A stretch of DNA of 64,000 nt, taken from positions 64,001 through 128,000 of the forward strand of contig OZ001293.3 in the NCBI GenBank assembly GCA_963921275.4, given 5' to 3'. The stretch's first letter is position 1, and every line of letters begins with the position of its first letter. Positions 21,922 to 33,199 of this stretch are shown in pieces. Below the pieces are notes generated by a model. It did no database searches. It saw only the letters and a program-made list of their open reading frames with translations, and had not been told where the DNA came from. This DNA is from an uncultured Hormoscilla sp. (lineage in GTDB: Bacteria > Cyanobacteriota > Cyanobacteriia > Cyanobacteriales > Desertifilaceae). The position numbers and the translations under genes were made by a program.

Positions 21922-22446
21922 TTGGTCAATAGGAGGTATGATAGGAGGTATGAACTGTTTGAGACAGTAGAGATACATGCCCCCAATGGTCAAATAATCC
22001 TCTGCGCTCAAAAGGATTCTGTTTTAGTGCCGATCGCCAAAGTTGCTACTTATGGGATGGGCAAGGTGGCAATGTATCCTGAGTCGGAGTTGCGACAACT
22101 CCAGCAAATGAAACAAAATGATCGCAAGTTGTTCGATCGAAATCCTGGGAATGAACAAAGGTTACGTCATCTGAAAAAGTTAAGGCATAACTACGAACGT
22201 TCTCAATCAATGCTTAAATCATTCATTGCGATCGGCTTTACTGATTCTGATAGTGACATCAATAATATTGTCTACCACTTGCTTAATGTTGGTAAATCAG
22301 TTACAATTGATAATCGGCTAGATTATCCTAGCGACCTAGAAGCACCAAATGGTACTCTCAAGATTAGGAGTACATGGAGGATCCTATCAGATGGGAGGAA
22401 ATATTTATCAACGCTCAATTGTATTCCCAGCAGTAAAGGAGGGTAA
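21922..22446 (+). CDS. Putative BECR-fold ribonuclease toxin (CdiA-CT tRNase-like); start uncertain
   Basis: HNYERSQSM...IGFTD...APNGTLKIRSTWRILSDGRKYLSTL resembles, from memory, CDI tRNase C-termini. Confidence 0.5.
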   Translation: MVNRRYDRRYELFETVEIHAPNGQIILCAQKDSVLVPIAKVATYGMGKVAMYPESELRQLQQMKQNDRKLFDRNPGNEQRLRHLKKLRHNYERSQSMLKSFIAIGFTDSDSDINNIVYHLLNVGKSVTIDNRLDYPSDLEAPNGTLKIRSTWRILSDGRKYLSTLNCIPSSKGG

Positions 22447-22449
22447 GTT

Positions 22450-23568
22450 ATGAAAATTGATGAATTAATGATTCTTACAGACGATCGGATAGATTATAGC
22501 AGTTTATCGTCCGATACTCTCCAGGAATTGGCTTTGGGAGAAGAGTTATTTATGGCAACTTCTGCTTTGGCAGAATTAGCAACTAGAAATAGCTCTCTCG
22601 CATGCGATGTTGCGGGGGATATATTGTCCCACTCAAAGGGCGATCGCTATCTGCAAGCGACGGCGATCGAGACATTGTTTGGGCTTGACAAACGGCGGGC
22701 GATCGAGTATATGATGGAAGCAGTAGCAGAAGAGGAAGATGGTTATATATTAACTGCGATGGTGGAGCTGGCGCTCGAAAATAGATATGATTTTCAGTCA
22801 GGTATGGGAGGGAGAGTGTTTCGCTTGCTATGGTCGAAAATCAAACATACAGACTCTATTGATCGCACGCGACTAGCTTCACTCGTGCGGGGTATAGAAG
22901 CAGCAAAAAAATTGCAGCAGGATCGGATAAATTACGGAATAGAATACGTGGATATCTATGTAGATGTAGAGGGAGAATGGTGGGAAACAGACGAAAATTA
23001 CTCGGAGGAAGAAGAGAGGAAAGAAGAGATAATCTACTTTCTCGAAAGTGACGAGGAAGTCGCCGTGAGGGTAAGAAAACGGCTAAAAGCAATGTGGATA
23101 GCAGAAATAGCAGCGGAGTTAGAAAAAAGCCTCCGCCTTTCGGAAGCGGAAAGGAATTATGCCGTGAAAAACCTCTTAGCGTCTGGAGTCCAGAAGACAG
23201 GGGAGGAAAGCAAGACTGAGGAAATCGAATTACTGGATTTAGCAGCCGAATTGCTGGAGAAATTAGATGAAATATTGACAGAGTTGGCGCCAAATTCCGA
23301 CGAAGTAGCGAAGAAAGTACGAGAACGGCTGGAACAAGCCATGTCGATTTCAGAAATAGTAGCGCAGTTGGAAAAAAACCTCAGCATGTCAGACAGCGAG
23401 GAGAGAACTTGGTTAACGAAAGATATATTCCTAGGGACTGTTGCTGGAGGGGCGATCGTCCGCTCCGAAAGGGTTGCAGAAGATGAGGAAATCGAAATAC
23501 TGGATTTAGCAGAAGACTTGCTGGAGAAGTTAGACGAAATTTTCGGCGTTCTCGATACAGAGGAGTAA
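22450..23568 (+). CDS. Acidic protein with alpha-solenoid immunity-like N-terminus and internally duplicated C-terminal module
   Basis: Starts 3 bp after the upstream stop; HEAT-like helices; EEIE(L/I)LDLA.(E/D)LLEKLDEI occurs twice. Confidence 0.7.
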   Translation: MKIDELMILTDDRIDYSSLSSDTLQELALGEELFMATSALAELATRNSSLACDVAGDILSHSKGDRYLQATAIETLFGLDKRRAIEYMMEAVAEEEDGYILTAMVELALENRYDFQSGMGGRVFRLLWSKIKHTDSIDRTRLASLVRGIEAAKKLQQDRINYGIEYVDIYVDVEGEWWETDENYSEEEERKEEIIYFLESDEEVAVRVRKRLKAMWIAEIAAELEKSLRLSEAERNYAVKNLLASGVQKTGEESKTEEIELLDLAAELLEKLDEILTELAPNSDEVAKKVRERLEQAMSISEIVAQLEKNLSMSDSEERTWLTKDIFLGTVAGGAIVRSERVAEDEEIEILDLAEDLLEKLDEIFGVLDTEE

Positions 23569-23591
23569 ATCAAAAATAAACGGCGAAAAAG

Positions 23592-24218
23592 ATGAGCGAA
23601 AAAACAGACAAAGTACATTGGGTTTACAGTGCCAAGAACAATCAGGAATTAGCCAAAAGGTATGATCAATGGGCGAAGGAATACGAGCAAGATTTGCTGT
23701 CCGAGAACTATACCGGACCGGAACTGGCGGTAGAAGAATTGGTGAAATACGTCTCCAAAAATGCTAATATTTTAGATGTGGGGGCGGGGACGGGGCTAGT
23801 GGGGCAGCTTCTGCACCAGCGGGGCTACCAGAATCTAGAGGCAATGGATCTATCTGCAGGAATGCTGTCAGAAGCGCGGAAAAAGAACCTTTACAAGGAT
23901 CTCCACCAGGGAGTATTGGGCACAGCCCTAGACTTTCCCTCTGATACTTTTGATGCTATTATTAGCGTCGGCACCTTCACCTTGGGCCATGCCCCCAGCA
24001 GAGGTTTTGACGAACTGATCCGCATTACTAAGCCAGGAGGATACATTGTTTTTACCATCCGTCCAGATTATTATGAAAATAGCGATTTCAAAGACAAGCT
24101 GCCGGCACTGGAAGCGGCAGGATCGTGGCAGTTGGTAGAACAAGGAGAACCATTTCTAAATCTCCCGGAAGCCGAACCGGATATTTATTTGCAAGTCTGG
24201 GTATATAAAGTTTGCTAA
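23592..24218 (+). CDS. Class I SAM-dependent methyltransferase
   Basis: YDQWAKEYE, ILDVGAGTG, MDLSAGML, FDAIISVG, KPGG. Confidence 0.92.
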   Translation: MSEKTDKVHWVYSAKNNQELAKRYDQWAKEYEQDLLSENYTGPELAVEELVKYVSKNANILDVGAGTGLVGQLLHQRGYQNLEAMDLSAGMLSEARKKNLYKDLHQGVLGTALDFPSDTFDAIISVGTFTLGHAPSRGFDELIRITKPGGYIVFTIRPDYYENSDFKDKLPALEAAGSWQLVEQGEPFLNLPEAEPDIYLQVWVYKVC

Positions 24219-24250
24219 TTTTTAGTAATTCCATGGAGGAGAGAAAATAA

Positions 24251-25329
24251 ATGCTGAAGCTAGAGGAAAAACATTTAACCCAGAGCGATCTCTTTCTCAC
24301 CCTGGCCGGGAAGCGCTTCCATTACATCTGGTTGTACGATCATTGTTTGTGTCCTCGGTGTCATCATCCCAGTTCGTTTCAGAAAATAAACGATCTGAGC
24401 GACGCCATGGAAATGCCAAAACCAAAATCAGTGCAGTGCCAAGATGAAGGATGGGGTCGAGCCGGGAATCGCTTCCCGATTCTCCCTTGAGGAACCGGAC
24501 TTGCGATTTTCACCGCATCCGGCTACTGGGTACTAGGCCCTTTTCATAGGTAGACTTAATAGGAATTACTTCCGTTAGCCCTTGCCGCCTGTCTTTTCTT
24601 CCCTTTCCTGGTTTAGCGAGTGGTTGTTCTGATAACCGTTAGTATCACCATTTTCAAGTCAGTTTTACCAGTTATCCATACCTTATCCTCCACTTGCGTT
24701 TCGGATTAGTTCCGTGGCTTTTTAGGATTACTCATTCCAGCAGCTTCCTAGTATCACCGACCCACGTCAGCGCTGGCTACCCAGCATCATCTACATTACT
24801 GTAGATGTTATCCCAGGAATTACCCCGGGCATTCGCTTCTTGGGCCATCCCTCCCCCCGTGGCTTGCGCTTAACATCTAACTTGTCCTGATGGACAGCAC
24901 ACGAGAGGTTACTTCGTTCCCTAACAACATTTCGCGATACCTTTAGGTCCACACTATACCCCGGGAGCTATTTGAGTACTATATTAGCCAGAGTCTAAAA
25001 CTAATACTAGCTACCATTTCCTTTTTGGGCCAGCGCATATAGCCTTATTTCGCTGGTTCCTTATAACGAGGCTTGCACATGTTTGCCTGCTCTAACCTTG
25101 GATATCTTTCCTAGCGGCGTCACCGGCTTAGGCTGCCAGTTATCCTACATTTGAGTCCTCGCTTAGCACCACGATGATGTCGCTTCGTAGCACCGAGGAC
25201 CGGTGTCACCCCCGTACCTGGGGGGAGGGGAATTTAACCCCCATGCGGTCAGAGTTCCCGGCTAATGAAACCGGGCTAGCGTTCCGTGTTTGACCACGTT
25301 AGGCTAGAACGAATCGCACAAACTCATTA
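24251..25329 (+). pseudogene. N-terminal fragment of a gamma-butyrobetaine-hydroxylase-like (TauD) dioxygenase, interrupted by an intron
   Basis: WLYDHCLCPRCHHP zinc motif; truncated by the duplication junction. Confidence 0.85.
24449..25319 (-). mobile_element. ORF-less group II intron, 871 nt, antisense to host gene
   Basis: 5' GUGCGAUUCGUUCUAG; DV AGCCGGAUGCGGUGAAAAUCGCAAGUCCGGUU; boundaries fixed by the empty site gatgaa|aaactcatta at 26291-26306. Confidence 0.96.
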
Positions 25330-26306
25330 AGGGTTGCAGAAGATGAGGAAATCGAAATACTGGATTTAGCAGAAGACTTGCTGGAGAAGTTAGACGAAAT
25401 TTTCGGCGTTCTCGATACAGAGGAGTAAATCAAAAATAAACGGCGAAAAAGATGAGCGAAAAAACAGACAAAGTACATTGGGTTTACAGTGCCAAGAACA
25501 ATCAGGAATTAGCCAAAAGGTATGATCAATGGGCGAAGGAATACGAGCAAGATTTGCTGTCCGAGAACTATACCGGACCGGAACCGGCGGTAGAAGAATT
25601 GGTGAAATACGTCTCCAAAGATGCTAATATTTTAGATGTGGGGGCGGGGACGGGGCTAGTGGGGCAGCTTCTGCACCAGCGGGGCTACCAGAATCTAGAG
25701 GCAATGGATCTATCCGCAGGGATGCTGTCAGAAGCGCGGAAAAAGAACGTTTACAAGGATCTGCACCAGGGAGTATTGGGCACAGCCCTAGACTTTCCCT
25801 CAGATACCTTTGATGCTATTATTAGCGTCGGCACCTTCACCTGGGCCATGCCCCCAGCAGCGGTTTTGACGAACTGATCCGCATTACCAAGCCAGAAGGA
25901 TATATAGTTTTTACCATCCGTCCCGACTATTACGAGAATAGCGATTTCAAAGACAAGCTCCCTGCCATCGAAGCGGCAGGATCGTGGCAGTTAATAGAAC
26001 AAGGAGAACAATTTCTAAATCTCCGGAAAGCCGAACCGGATATTTATTTGCAAGTCTGGGTATATAAAGTTTGCTAATTTTTGGTAATTCCGTCGAGAAA
26101 ATAAATGCTGAAGCTAGAGGAAAAACATTTAACCCAGAGCGATCTCTTTCTCACCCTGGCCGGGAAGCGCTTCCATTACATCTGGTTGTACGACCATTGT
26201 TTGTGTCCTCGGTGTCATCATCCCAGATCGTTTCAGAAAATAAACGATCTGAGCGACGAAATGCCAAAACCAAAATCAGTGCAGTGCCAAGATGAAAAAC
26301 TCATTA
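25330..26306 (+). repeat. Second copy of a tandem duplication (first copy 23470-25329 including intron)
   Basis: Near-identical sequence starting agggttgcagaagatgagg. Confidence 0.95.
25452..26077 (+). pseudogene. Duplicate methyltransferase, 1-bp deletion near 25841
   Basis: ttcacctgggcc versus ttcaccttgggcc in the intact copy. Confidence 0.92.
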
Positions 26307-26745
26307 TTGACTGGGAAGAAGACTCCCCCCACCGCAGTATTTTTCCTCTATCTTGGCTTCTAAGTCGTGCCTACGACCCCAAACCGGAGCCCAGATTATC
26401 GGATAGGGAAAAGCAACTTTGGGACACAGCTTGGTTAGAAGCCAATCCACCAGAGTGGACTGAATATGGTTATGGTACTTTTGCATCATGAATGAATCAA
26501 CTTTCTACCCTCGGGTTTACCATCCTGCGGAAAATGCCTTGGGAGAAGTTAGAGACTTTCGTATCCGCGATCGGACCAATTTACTATCTAGGTCAATACG
26601 GACGCTACTCCACAGTTAAGGCGATCGCAAACAGTCAAGACTTGTCTCTCTCAGCAGAGGGTCATGCATTATCAGCCCATACGGATATCACCTTCCTGCT
26701 GACCCCACCCATTGTGCAACTGCTATGAAGCATCTGGGGGTGAGT
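26105..26745 (+). pseudogene. TauD/GBBH-like dioxygenase, in-frame TGA at 26489 and 3' deletion
   Basis: Zn motif; ALSAHTD (HxD) in the same frame after the stop. Confidence 0.85.
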
Positions 26746-26747
26746 CC

Positions 26748-27116
26748 ACCGAAGGAGATTGTCACGATATCGGTGCGGCCTTTCCTTGGGATCTACTGTC
26801 GGCACTCCCTCATCCTTGCTTGATTATAGAAGATGCCCATATTAATCTAGTGGGAATGTTAACATATTTTCACCAAAACGGTATTCAAAGTGGTGACTAC
26901 TTGATTGTTGAAGACACCAACAAATTACACTGGGAATTCTGGAAGGATGGTTGGGACGATCGGGAGGAAATGGAGCAAGGAGCCAAGAAAATGGATGACT
27001 TGAGGGATTGGTTGAAAAAACACGAATCCGAGTATCTGGTGGATACATACTATCAGGATATGTACGGGTATAACGGGTCAAAGAACTGGAATTAGATTCT
27101 GAAAAGGGTCTAATAT
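26748..27116 (+). pseudogene. C-terminal fragment of a CmcI/cephalosporin-hydroxylase-like methyltransferase
   Basis: EGDC, LPHPCLIIEDAH, GDYLIVEDT, YLVDTYYQDMYGYN. Confidence 0.7.
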
Positions 27117-27647
27117 AGCAGCGTTGGGAGCATGTCAACTTTGTAAATAAGTATTTTTGCTCTTAAACAGAATTACCTGCTAGAGCATCGGTCCAGTAGG
27201 AGTTCGTCCTTGCCCGATAGAAAAAGAAGCCTGTATAAGGTAGAATGTAGTGAGAGTAGGACAGAGGGAAAATAGTCAGGAAAAAGAAATGGCCAGAGTC
27301 AGGTATAGCAAGTCTAAATCAAAAGTGCAAACATTTTGGGGTATAGCGCGAGTTTCCCGCTCCCCTCTCCCCTCTCCCTGCGGAACTGCTCAGAGCTCCC
27401 TGCTCTGAGCTTATTGCACGACTCCTGCACGACTCACTATAGTAGGGGATACTGTGGGGTGTATGGGGGGTTTTACTCCCCATACACCCCAAACCACCAT
27501 AAATGGATGATTTTCTCCCCTCTCCCTGCGGAACTGCTCCCTCACGCGCCCGATCGCGCTGCGCGCGCGCCTGCGGCGATCGGGTAATTAACCCACAGTG
27601 ACGATATAATCAGAGAAACGATAATCGAACATCAAGGAAGAAATTTT

Positions 27648-28431
27648 ATGCCTTCTCCTTTTCCAGGGATGAACCCTTACCTAGAACATCCAGAAATCTG
27701 GCCGGGAATACATTTGTTACTCATTAGCGAGCTGACTAATTTCCTGTCTCCTCAACTGCGCTCAAAATGTTGCGGTTGAAGTGCGTATTTATGAAACCAT
27801 TGGGGAACGAGCCCTGCTGGTTGGCATTCCAAATTTAACTGTCAAAGGTTCGCAGGCGACAACTAAACAGCCAAGGAGCAATGTTGCAGTTGCAGAATCA
27901 CCAAGTCAACCCCAGACAGTAGAAGTTCCCATACCCGCAACAGTTAAGCAAGGTTATTTAGAAGTGCGAGAGGTAGCCACCAGAGAAGTAGTAACAGTCA
28001 TTGAAATACTCTCTCCCGTTAATAAACGTTCTGGGGAAGGACGCAAGCAATATGAGAGTAAACGCAATAAAGTCTTAGGCAGTTCAACTCATTTAGTGGA
28101 AATTGATTTACTGCGTAAGGGGCGAACGATGCCAGTTTATAGCAGCAATAGTCAAACTCATTACCGAATTTTAGTCAGTCGAGGGGACTGTCGTCCTCAA
28201 GCAGATTTGTATGCATTTAATTTGCGAGATACCATTCCTGCATTTACCTTACCTTTGAAGTCTGGAGATCGGGAACCATTGGTAGAGCTACAGTTATTGT
28301 TGAGTAATATATACGACTTTTGAGGATGTTACGATCTGGCAGTAGATTATACTCAAGAGCCCGTGCCGCCATTGTTGTCAGCAGATCGGGTTTGGGTCCA
28401 TAGATTGTTAACGGAGCAAAAACTGCGATAG
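27648..28431 (+). pseudogene. DUF4058-family protein with frameshift and stop
   Basis: MPSPFPGMNPYLEHP start; VIEILSPVNKR, HLVEIDLLR; YDLAVDY tail after a stop. Confidence 0.88.
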
Positions 28432-28463
28432 TGTCCTGAAAAATATTTGGTAAATTAATGTGT

Positions 28464-28632
28464 AACCGACTGGTGTTGTCGGGAGGTTCTTGCGTCACAG
28501 TCTCACATTCGTCCGCCGTAACTTTTACCCACCCTCAACCCCTTGGCAGTTCTCTGGTATTCGTCCCTGTCGTTTTCCTTAACCGAGAGGTATTGATAGA
28601 GTTACCTCATCGGTGCATTCGGCTTACAGTTT
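28464..28632 (+). ncRNA. ssrS: 6S RNA (SsaA/SsrS)
   Basis: ctggtgttgtcgggag pairs with ttcggcttacag; blocks cccttggcagttctctggt and gttttccttaaccgagagg recalled from cyanobacterial 6S RNA; about 170 nt; ends approximate. Confidence 0.78.
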
Positions 28633-28752
28633 TCTGGGACGATCCGTATCGCGATCGCGTTATCGAATGCATTCCCTGACCTGTACGCACAAATTGCGCC
28701 CCGGAGGCGAATAGATGTACAATCAGGTGCTCAGAGCGAGATCTGGATACAG

Positions 28753-29499
28753 ATGCAAAAAATAATTGAAGTTTTACCGGATAAGACAGGGCTGATAGAA
28801 AGGGCCCTAGCAGTAGTCCTAGATAAGATGCAAAGTGCCTTCCAGTCGCGAGGCACTTGTACCATAGCCCTTGCTGGCGGCAGTACCCCCAAGCCTCTGT
28901 ATGAAGCCCTGGCGGCCCAAGATTTACCCTGGGAGAAAATTCACGTGTTTTGGGGCGACGAACGCTATGTGCCACCGTCCCATCCAGATAGTAACGCCGG
29001 CATGGCCCGGAGTGCTTGGCTCGGCGGGGTAGACATGCCAGCAGCTAATATCCACCCCATGCCCACGGATGGAGACTCTCCCGCAGGGGATGCAGTCAAA
29101 CATGATGCCCAGTTGCGGGAGTTTTTCGGATTACCGGTCGGAGAGTTCCCAGCTTTTGATGTCATATTGCTGGGCATGGGAGACGATGGCCATACCGCTT
29201 CCCTGTTTCCCCACACAGAAGCTTTAAATGTGCGCGATCGGCTAGTAACGGTGGGCAATAAAGACGGTACTCCTAGGATTACCTTTGCAGTACCGCTCAT
29301 AAATCAGGCTCGCTGCGTACTATTTATGGTTGCTGGCGCTAATAAAAAACTGGCCCTGGCCCAAATATTTGCACCGGCAGCAGATGAAAGGGCCTATCCA
29401 GCCCGTATGATTCAACCCCAGGGAGAACTATGGTGGCTGTTGGATGAGGCGGCGGGTTCAGAGATGCAGCGATCGTCGAGTTGCCCCGTCGATTGTTAA
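28753..29499 (+). CDS. pgl: 6-phosphogluconolactonase
   Basis: IALAGGSTP, FWGDERYVP, LLGMGDDGHTASLFP. Confidence 0.97.
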   Translation: MQKIIEVLPDKTGLIERALAVVLDKMQSAFQSRGTCTIALAGGSTPKPLYEALAAQDLPWEKIHVFWGDERYVPPSHPDSNAGMARSAWLGGVDMPAANIHPMPTDGDSPAGDAVKHDAQLREFFGLPVGEFPAFDVILLGMGDDGHTASLFPHTEALNVRDRLVTVGNKDGTPRITFAVPLINQARCVLFMVAGANKKLALAQIFAPAADERAYPARMIQPQGELWWLLDEAAGSEMQRSSSCPVDC

Positions 29500-29622
29500 A
29501 ATCAGACTGTCCGTATCCCTTGCGGGAGCGCAGCCATGGCACGACTAACCCGCCCTAAAGGGTCGGGCTACACAAACAAAGCCCGCCTGCGCGGGCTAAG
29601 AATTTTTAGACTACTAACAAAT

Positions 29623-30375
29623 ATGATTGTCTGCCCTAATTGCAATCACTCTAACCCTGACGGGGCTCAAGCCTGCGAAGCTTGTTTAACACCTTTACCA
29701 TCTATGACTAATTGTCCTAAATGTGGGGCCACGATACAAGCGGATGCTAAATTCTGCAGTAGCTGTGGCTATGGACTACAACCAGCAGCTGAAGCAGATG
29801 AAAACGAAACCCCGGTTAATTCCACGAACCTTGGGGAAAATGCCATGCCTAGTTCAGATTTAGAAATGTCTGCACAGCAATTAGAACCAACTATCAGCGT
29901 CCAACCAGTTGCTGGCGAGGTGGAAACCGAAACTACTGAAACCAGTAGTAGCCCCCCGGCATCAGTAGCACCAAAAGTGCCAGCAACATCAATCTCAACC
30001 CAGACAGTGGCGCCAGCGGCAAGCAATGCCCAAACTCAGCTACAACAGCAAAGTGCGAGGCTATTGCACGTCAGAACTAATCAGTCGATCGAATTACCGC
30101 AGCACTTATCGGTAATTCATGTAGGGAAGCCGAATGATAAAGTGCAGCCGGATATAGATGTGTCGGGATTCGCAGATTCAGATGTGGTTTCCCGGATTCA
30201 TGCGAATCTGAGGATGGAGGGAGATGGCTACTATATTGAAGATGTGGGCAGCGCCAATGGCACTTACATTAACAATATGCCCTTAGCAGTGGGCAATAGG
30301 CACCGCTTGCGAGCGGGCGATCGGATTTCTTTAGGGAAAAATGACCTGGTGACGTTTTTGTTCCAGATATCATAA
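29623..30375 (+). CDS. fraH: Double zinc-ribbon + FHA protein (FraH-like)
   Basis: CPNC/CEAC/CPKC/CSSC; VSRIHA, DVGSANGT; follows pgl. Confidence 0.8.
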   Translation: MIVCPNCNHSNPDGAQACEACLTPLPSMTNCPKCGATIQADAKFCSSCGYGLQPAAEADENETPVNSTNLGENAMPSSDLEMSAQQLEPTISVQPVAGEVETETTETSSSPPASVAPKVPATSISTQTVAPAASNAQTQLQQQSARLLHVRTNQSIELPQHLSVIHVGKPNDKVQPDIDVSGFADSDVVSRIHANLRMEGDGYYIEDVGSANGTYINNMPLAVGNRHRLRAGDRISLGKNDLVTFLFQIS

Positions 30376-30467
30376 GCTGGCACATAGGATATATTGTAGC
30401 AGCATCCATTGGTGCCAAATGGTACCAATAGGCTCCTGCCGATTACACAGAACTGAAAACTGCCGAT

Positions 30468-30845
30468 GTGATTACCCTAACCCTTTTGCATCCACTTCAG
30501 GATACACCGGTTCAAAATTGGACTTTTGAAAAAGAACCGGTGATTAGGATTGGACGATCTACCGATAATAATGTGATTCTCTACAGTGCTGTGGTATCCC
30601 GCCACCACCTAGAGTTACGGCGTGGGGAAGATTCCCAGTGGGAACTGCGGAATTTAGGCACGAATGGGACTTATCTGGATGGTAAGCGTATAACTCAAGT
30701 GAGCGTAGTGGATGGAAAGGTGATTCGTCTAGCTCGCTCTGGCCCTAAAATCAAAATCAGCATTGATGCCACAACAGGGACGAAACACCAGCGGTTGCCG
30801 CCACGGCTCTCAAATGGGATGAACGCAGATGGAAATAATGGATAA
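30468..30845 (+). CDS. FHA-domain protein, possibly the truncated N-terminus of a longer signalling protein
   Basis: IGRSTDN, VSRHH, GTNGT; ends in repeat-derived sequence. Confidence 0.75.
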   Translation: MITLTLLHPLQDTPVQNWTFEKEPVIRIGRSTDNNVILYSAVVSRHHLELRRGEDSQWELRNLGTNGTYLDGKRITQVSVVDGKVIRLARSGPKIKISIDATTGTKHQRLPPRLSNGMNADGNNG

Positions 30846-31129
30846 TTAACCACAGATGAACACAGATGAACAGAGATTTTTATTTTTTGGATTTTGTTTC
30901 TTGAGCAGGGATGGAGTCACGGACACTCCCCGTCATTCCTGTCACCTTTTCTCGTCATTCCCTGTCACTTCCTCGAAGGCAGGAGGAAAGCGGGAATCCA
31001 GAGATGAAACCACAGACGGGCATAATTGACAATTGGCAATTGATAATGGATAATTGTTTAACTAACCACAGATGAACACAGATTGAATCAAACCTACTGG
31101 GATACGAGCCACCAGGAGTAATATATACT

Positions 31130-33196
31130 ATGACACAATCACACAATATCCAGGCGATACTCAAAGATACAAATTACCGTCTTGGTCTGTTTTCAGACGA
31201 TGAAATCACCGATTTAAGCCGGGAAATTTTCACCAAGGTTGTTCGCGGGAAAAATGTCCCATTTATTCTTTGTATTGTTCGCGAAAAGGATATTCAGCTC
31301 AAGCCGGAGTAAATTGTCCGCCAACTTTACGTAGCCAGACTGATTCATGACTATGGCTATCCCAAAAAACGCCTCGCCTTTGAACATCCGGTTAATTTTG
31401 GACGGGAAAAGAAAAGTGCAGACATCGTCGTTTTTGATAAAGATCGTATCGACACCCCGTACATTATTGTCGAACTAAAAAAACCCAAACTCAAAAATGG
31501 AAAAGATCAGCTTAAATCATACTGCAATGCTACAGGAGCACCGATTGGAGTTTGGACGAATGGTGAGCAGATCTCTCACTATAACCGCAAAGACCCCAAT
31601 CATTTTGAAGACATCACGGATATCCCCAAGGCAGATCAAACCCTCAAGGATATTCTGAGTGAGCGTTTCACCCTGAAAGACTTGCTTATCAAAGACAAGA
31701 TAGCTAATGAACGCAAATCCCTGAAAGATCTCATTCTGGAAATGGAAGATGAAGTGTTGGCAAACGCGGGGGTTGATGTTTTTGAAGTGGTGTTCAAACT
31801 TATTTTTACAAAGCTTTATGATGAATTTTTAAGCAAGGGGGACAAGAATAATATCAATTTCTACCTTGAACAGAATCTTGATGATGCCGAGCGCGGAGAT
31901 TATGACAATATCAGGGAATCTCTTGAAAAACTAAATGATCAAAAATTCCGTGTCATGGAGTTCAGAAATACAGGGCAAACAGATACCGAGCTTAAAAACA
32001 AAATTCAACGACTATTTGACAAGGCGCAAAATCAATGGACAGGAGTTTTTCCCGAAGAATCAATCTTTGAGCTGTCCGATAGCCACCTTTCCGTCTGTGT
32101 CTCCAGTTTGCAGGATGTTAAGCTGTTTAACTCAAACCTGCAAGTTATTGATGAAGCTTTTGAATATTTGGTCAACAAATCTGCCAAGGGCGAAAAAGGG
32201 CAGTATTTCACGCCGCGTCATGTGATTGATATGTGCGTGCAGATGCTTAACCCCAAACGAGGTGAGTATATGATCGATACCGCATCAGGCAGTTGTGGTT
32301 TTCCCGTCCATACTATTTTTAAGATCACCGGGCATCTCTTTACCAATGCGGAAATACCCGAAGAGGACAAGCAACATATTCTCAGGATATTTGGTATCGA
32401 CTTTGATGAAAAAACCGTTCGTGTTGCTCGGACGCTGAACCTGATTGCAGGTGATGGCGAAGCCAATGTCCTCCATCTGAACACGCTGGATTTTGAACGC
32501 TGGGGCGATAAAACCGAAAAAGATCCGAAATGGATAAACACCTACGGCAAGGGCTTTGAGCGGTTAAAAAAATTAAGAGCCGAAAAAAATAGCGATAAAC
32601 GCTTCAACTTTGATGTTCTGATGGCTAATCCTCCTTTTGCGGGGGATATCAAGGAAAGCCGTCTGTTACATAATTACGAGCTCGGATTTAAGTCCGATGG
32701 AAAAAAGGCACAAAGCAAAGTCGGTCGAGATATTCTGTTTATTGAGCGCAACCTTGATTTCCTCAAATCCGGTGGTCGCATGGCGATTGTCCTGCCACAA
32801 GGTCGCTTCAACAATACTAGCGATAAGCATATCCGTGAATTTATTGCCGAGCATGGTCGTATTCTTGCTGTGGTCGGCCTACATGGCAACACTTTCAAGC
32901 CGCACACGGGAACGAAGACAAGCGTTCTATTTGTGCAGAAGTGGGATGATGAATTGTGTCCGAAGGTTGAGAACTATCCGATCTTCTTTGCCGTGAGCGG
33001 GAAAGGCGGTAAGGATAATTCAGGCGACTATGTTTTTGTTAAAAGCGAAACTGGGCAGTACAGGCTGGATCGCAACGGACATTTAATCGTTGACCATGAT
33101 CTACATAATCATGCTGGCGAATTGCCGGATGATATCGCGGAAGCATTTGCTGAATGGGCGACAGACGAGAAGCTGTCATTTTGGGTGGAGGCGTAA
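31130..33196 (+). pseudogene. HsdR-N nuclease + N6-adenine methyltransferase fusion, in-frame TAA at 31310
   Basis: KPE*IVRQ, ADIVV, VELKK, GQYFTPR, DTASGSCG, ANPPF in a single frame. Confidence 0.9.
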
Positions 33197-33199
33197 TAC

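Noticed and set aside
27429..27442. 14-nt match ACGACTCACTATAG to the T7 promoter
   Set aside because: Lacks the upstream TAAT, no vector or phage context, sits among palindromic repeats; treated as coincidence unless a vector screen says otherwise.
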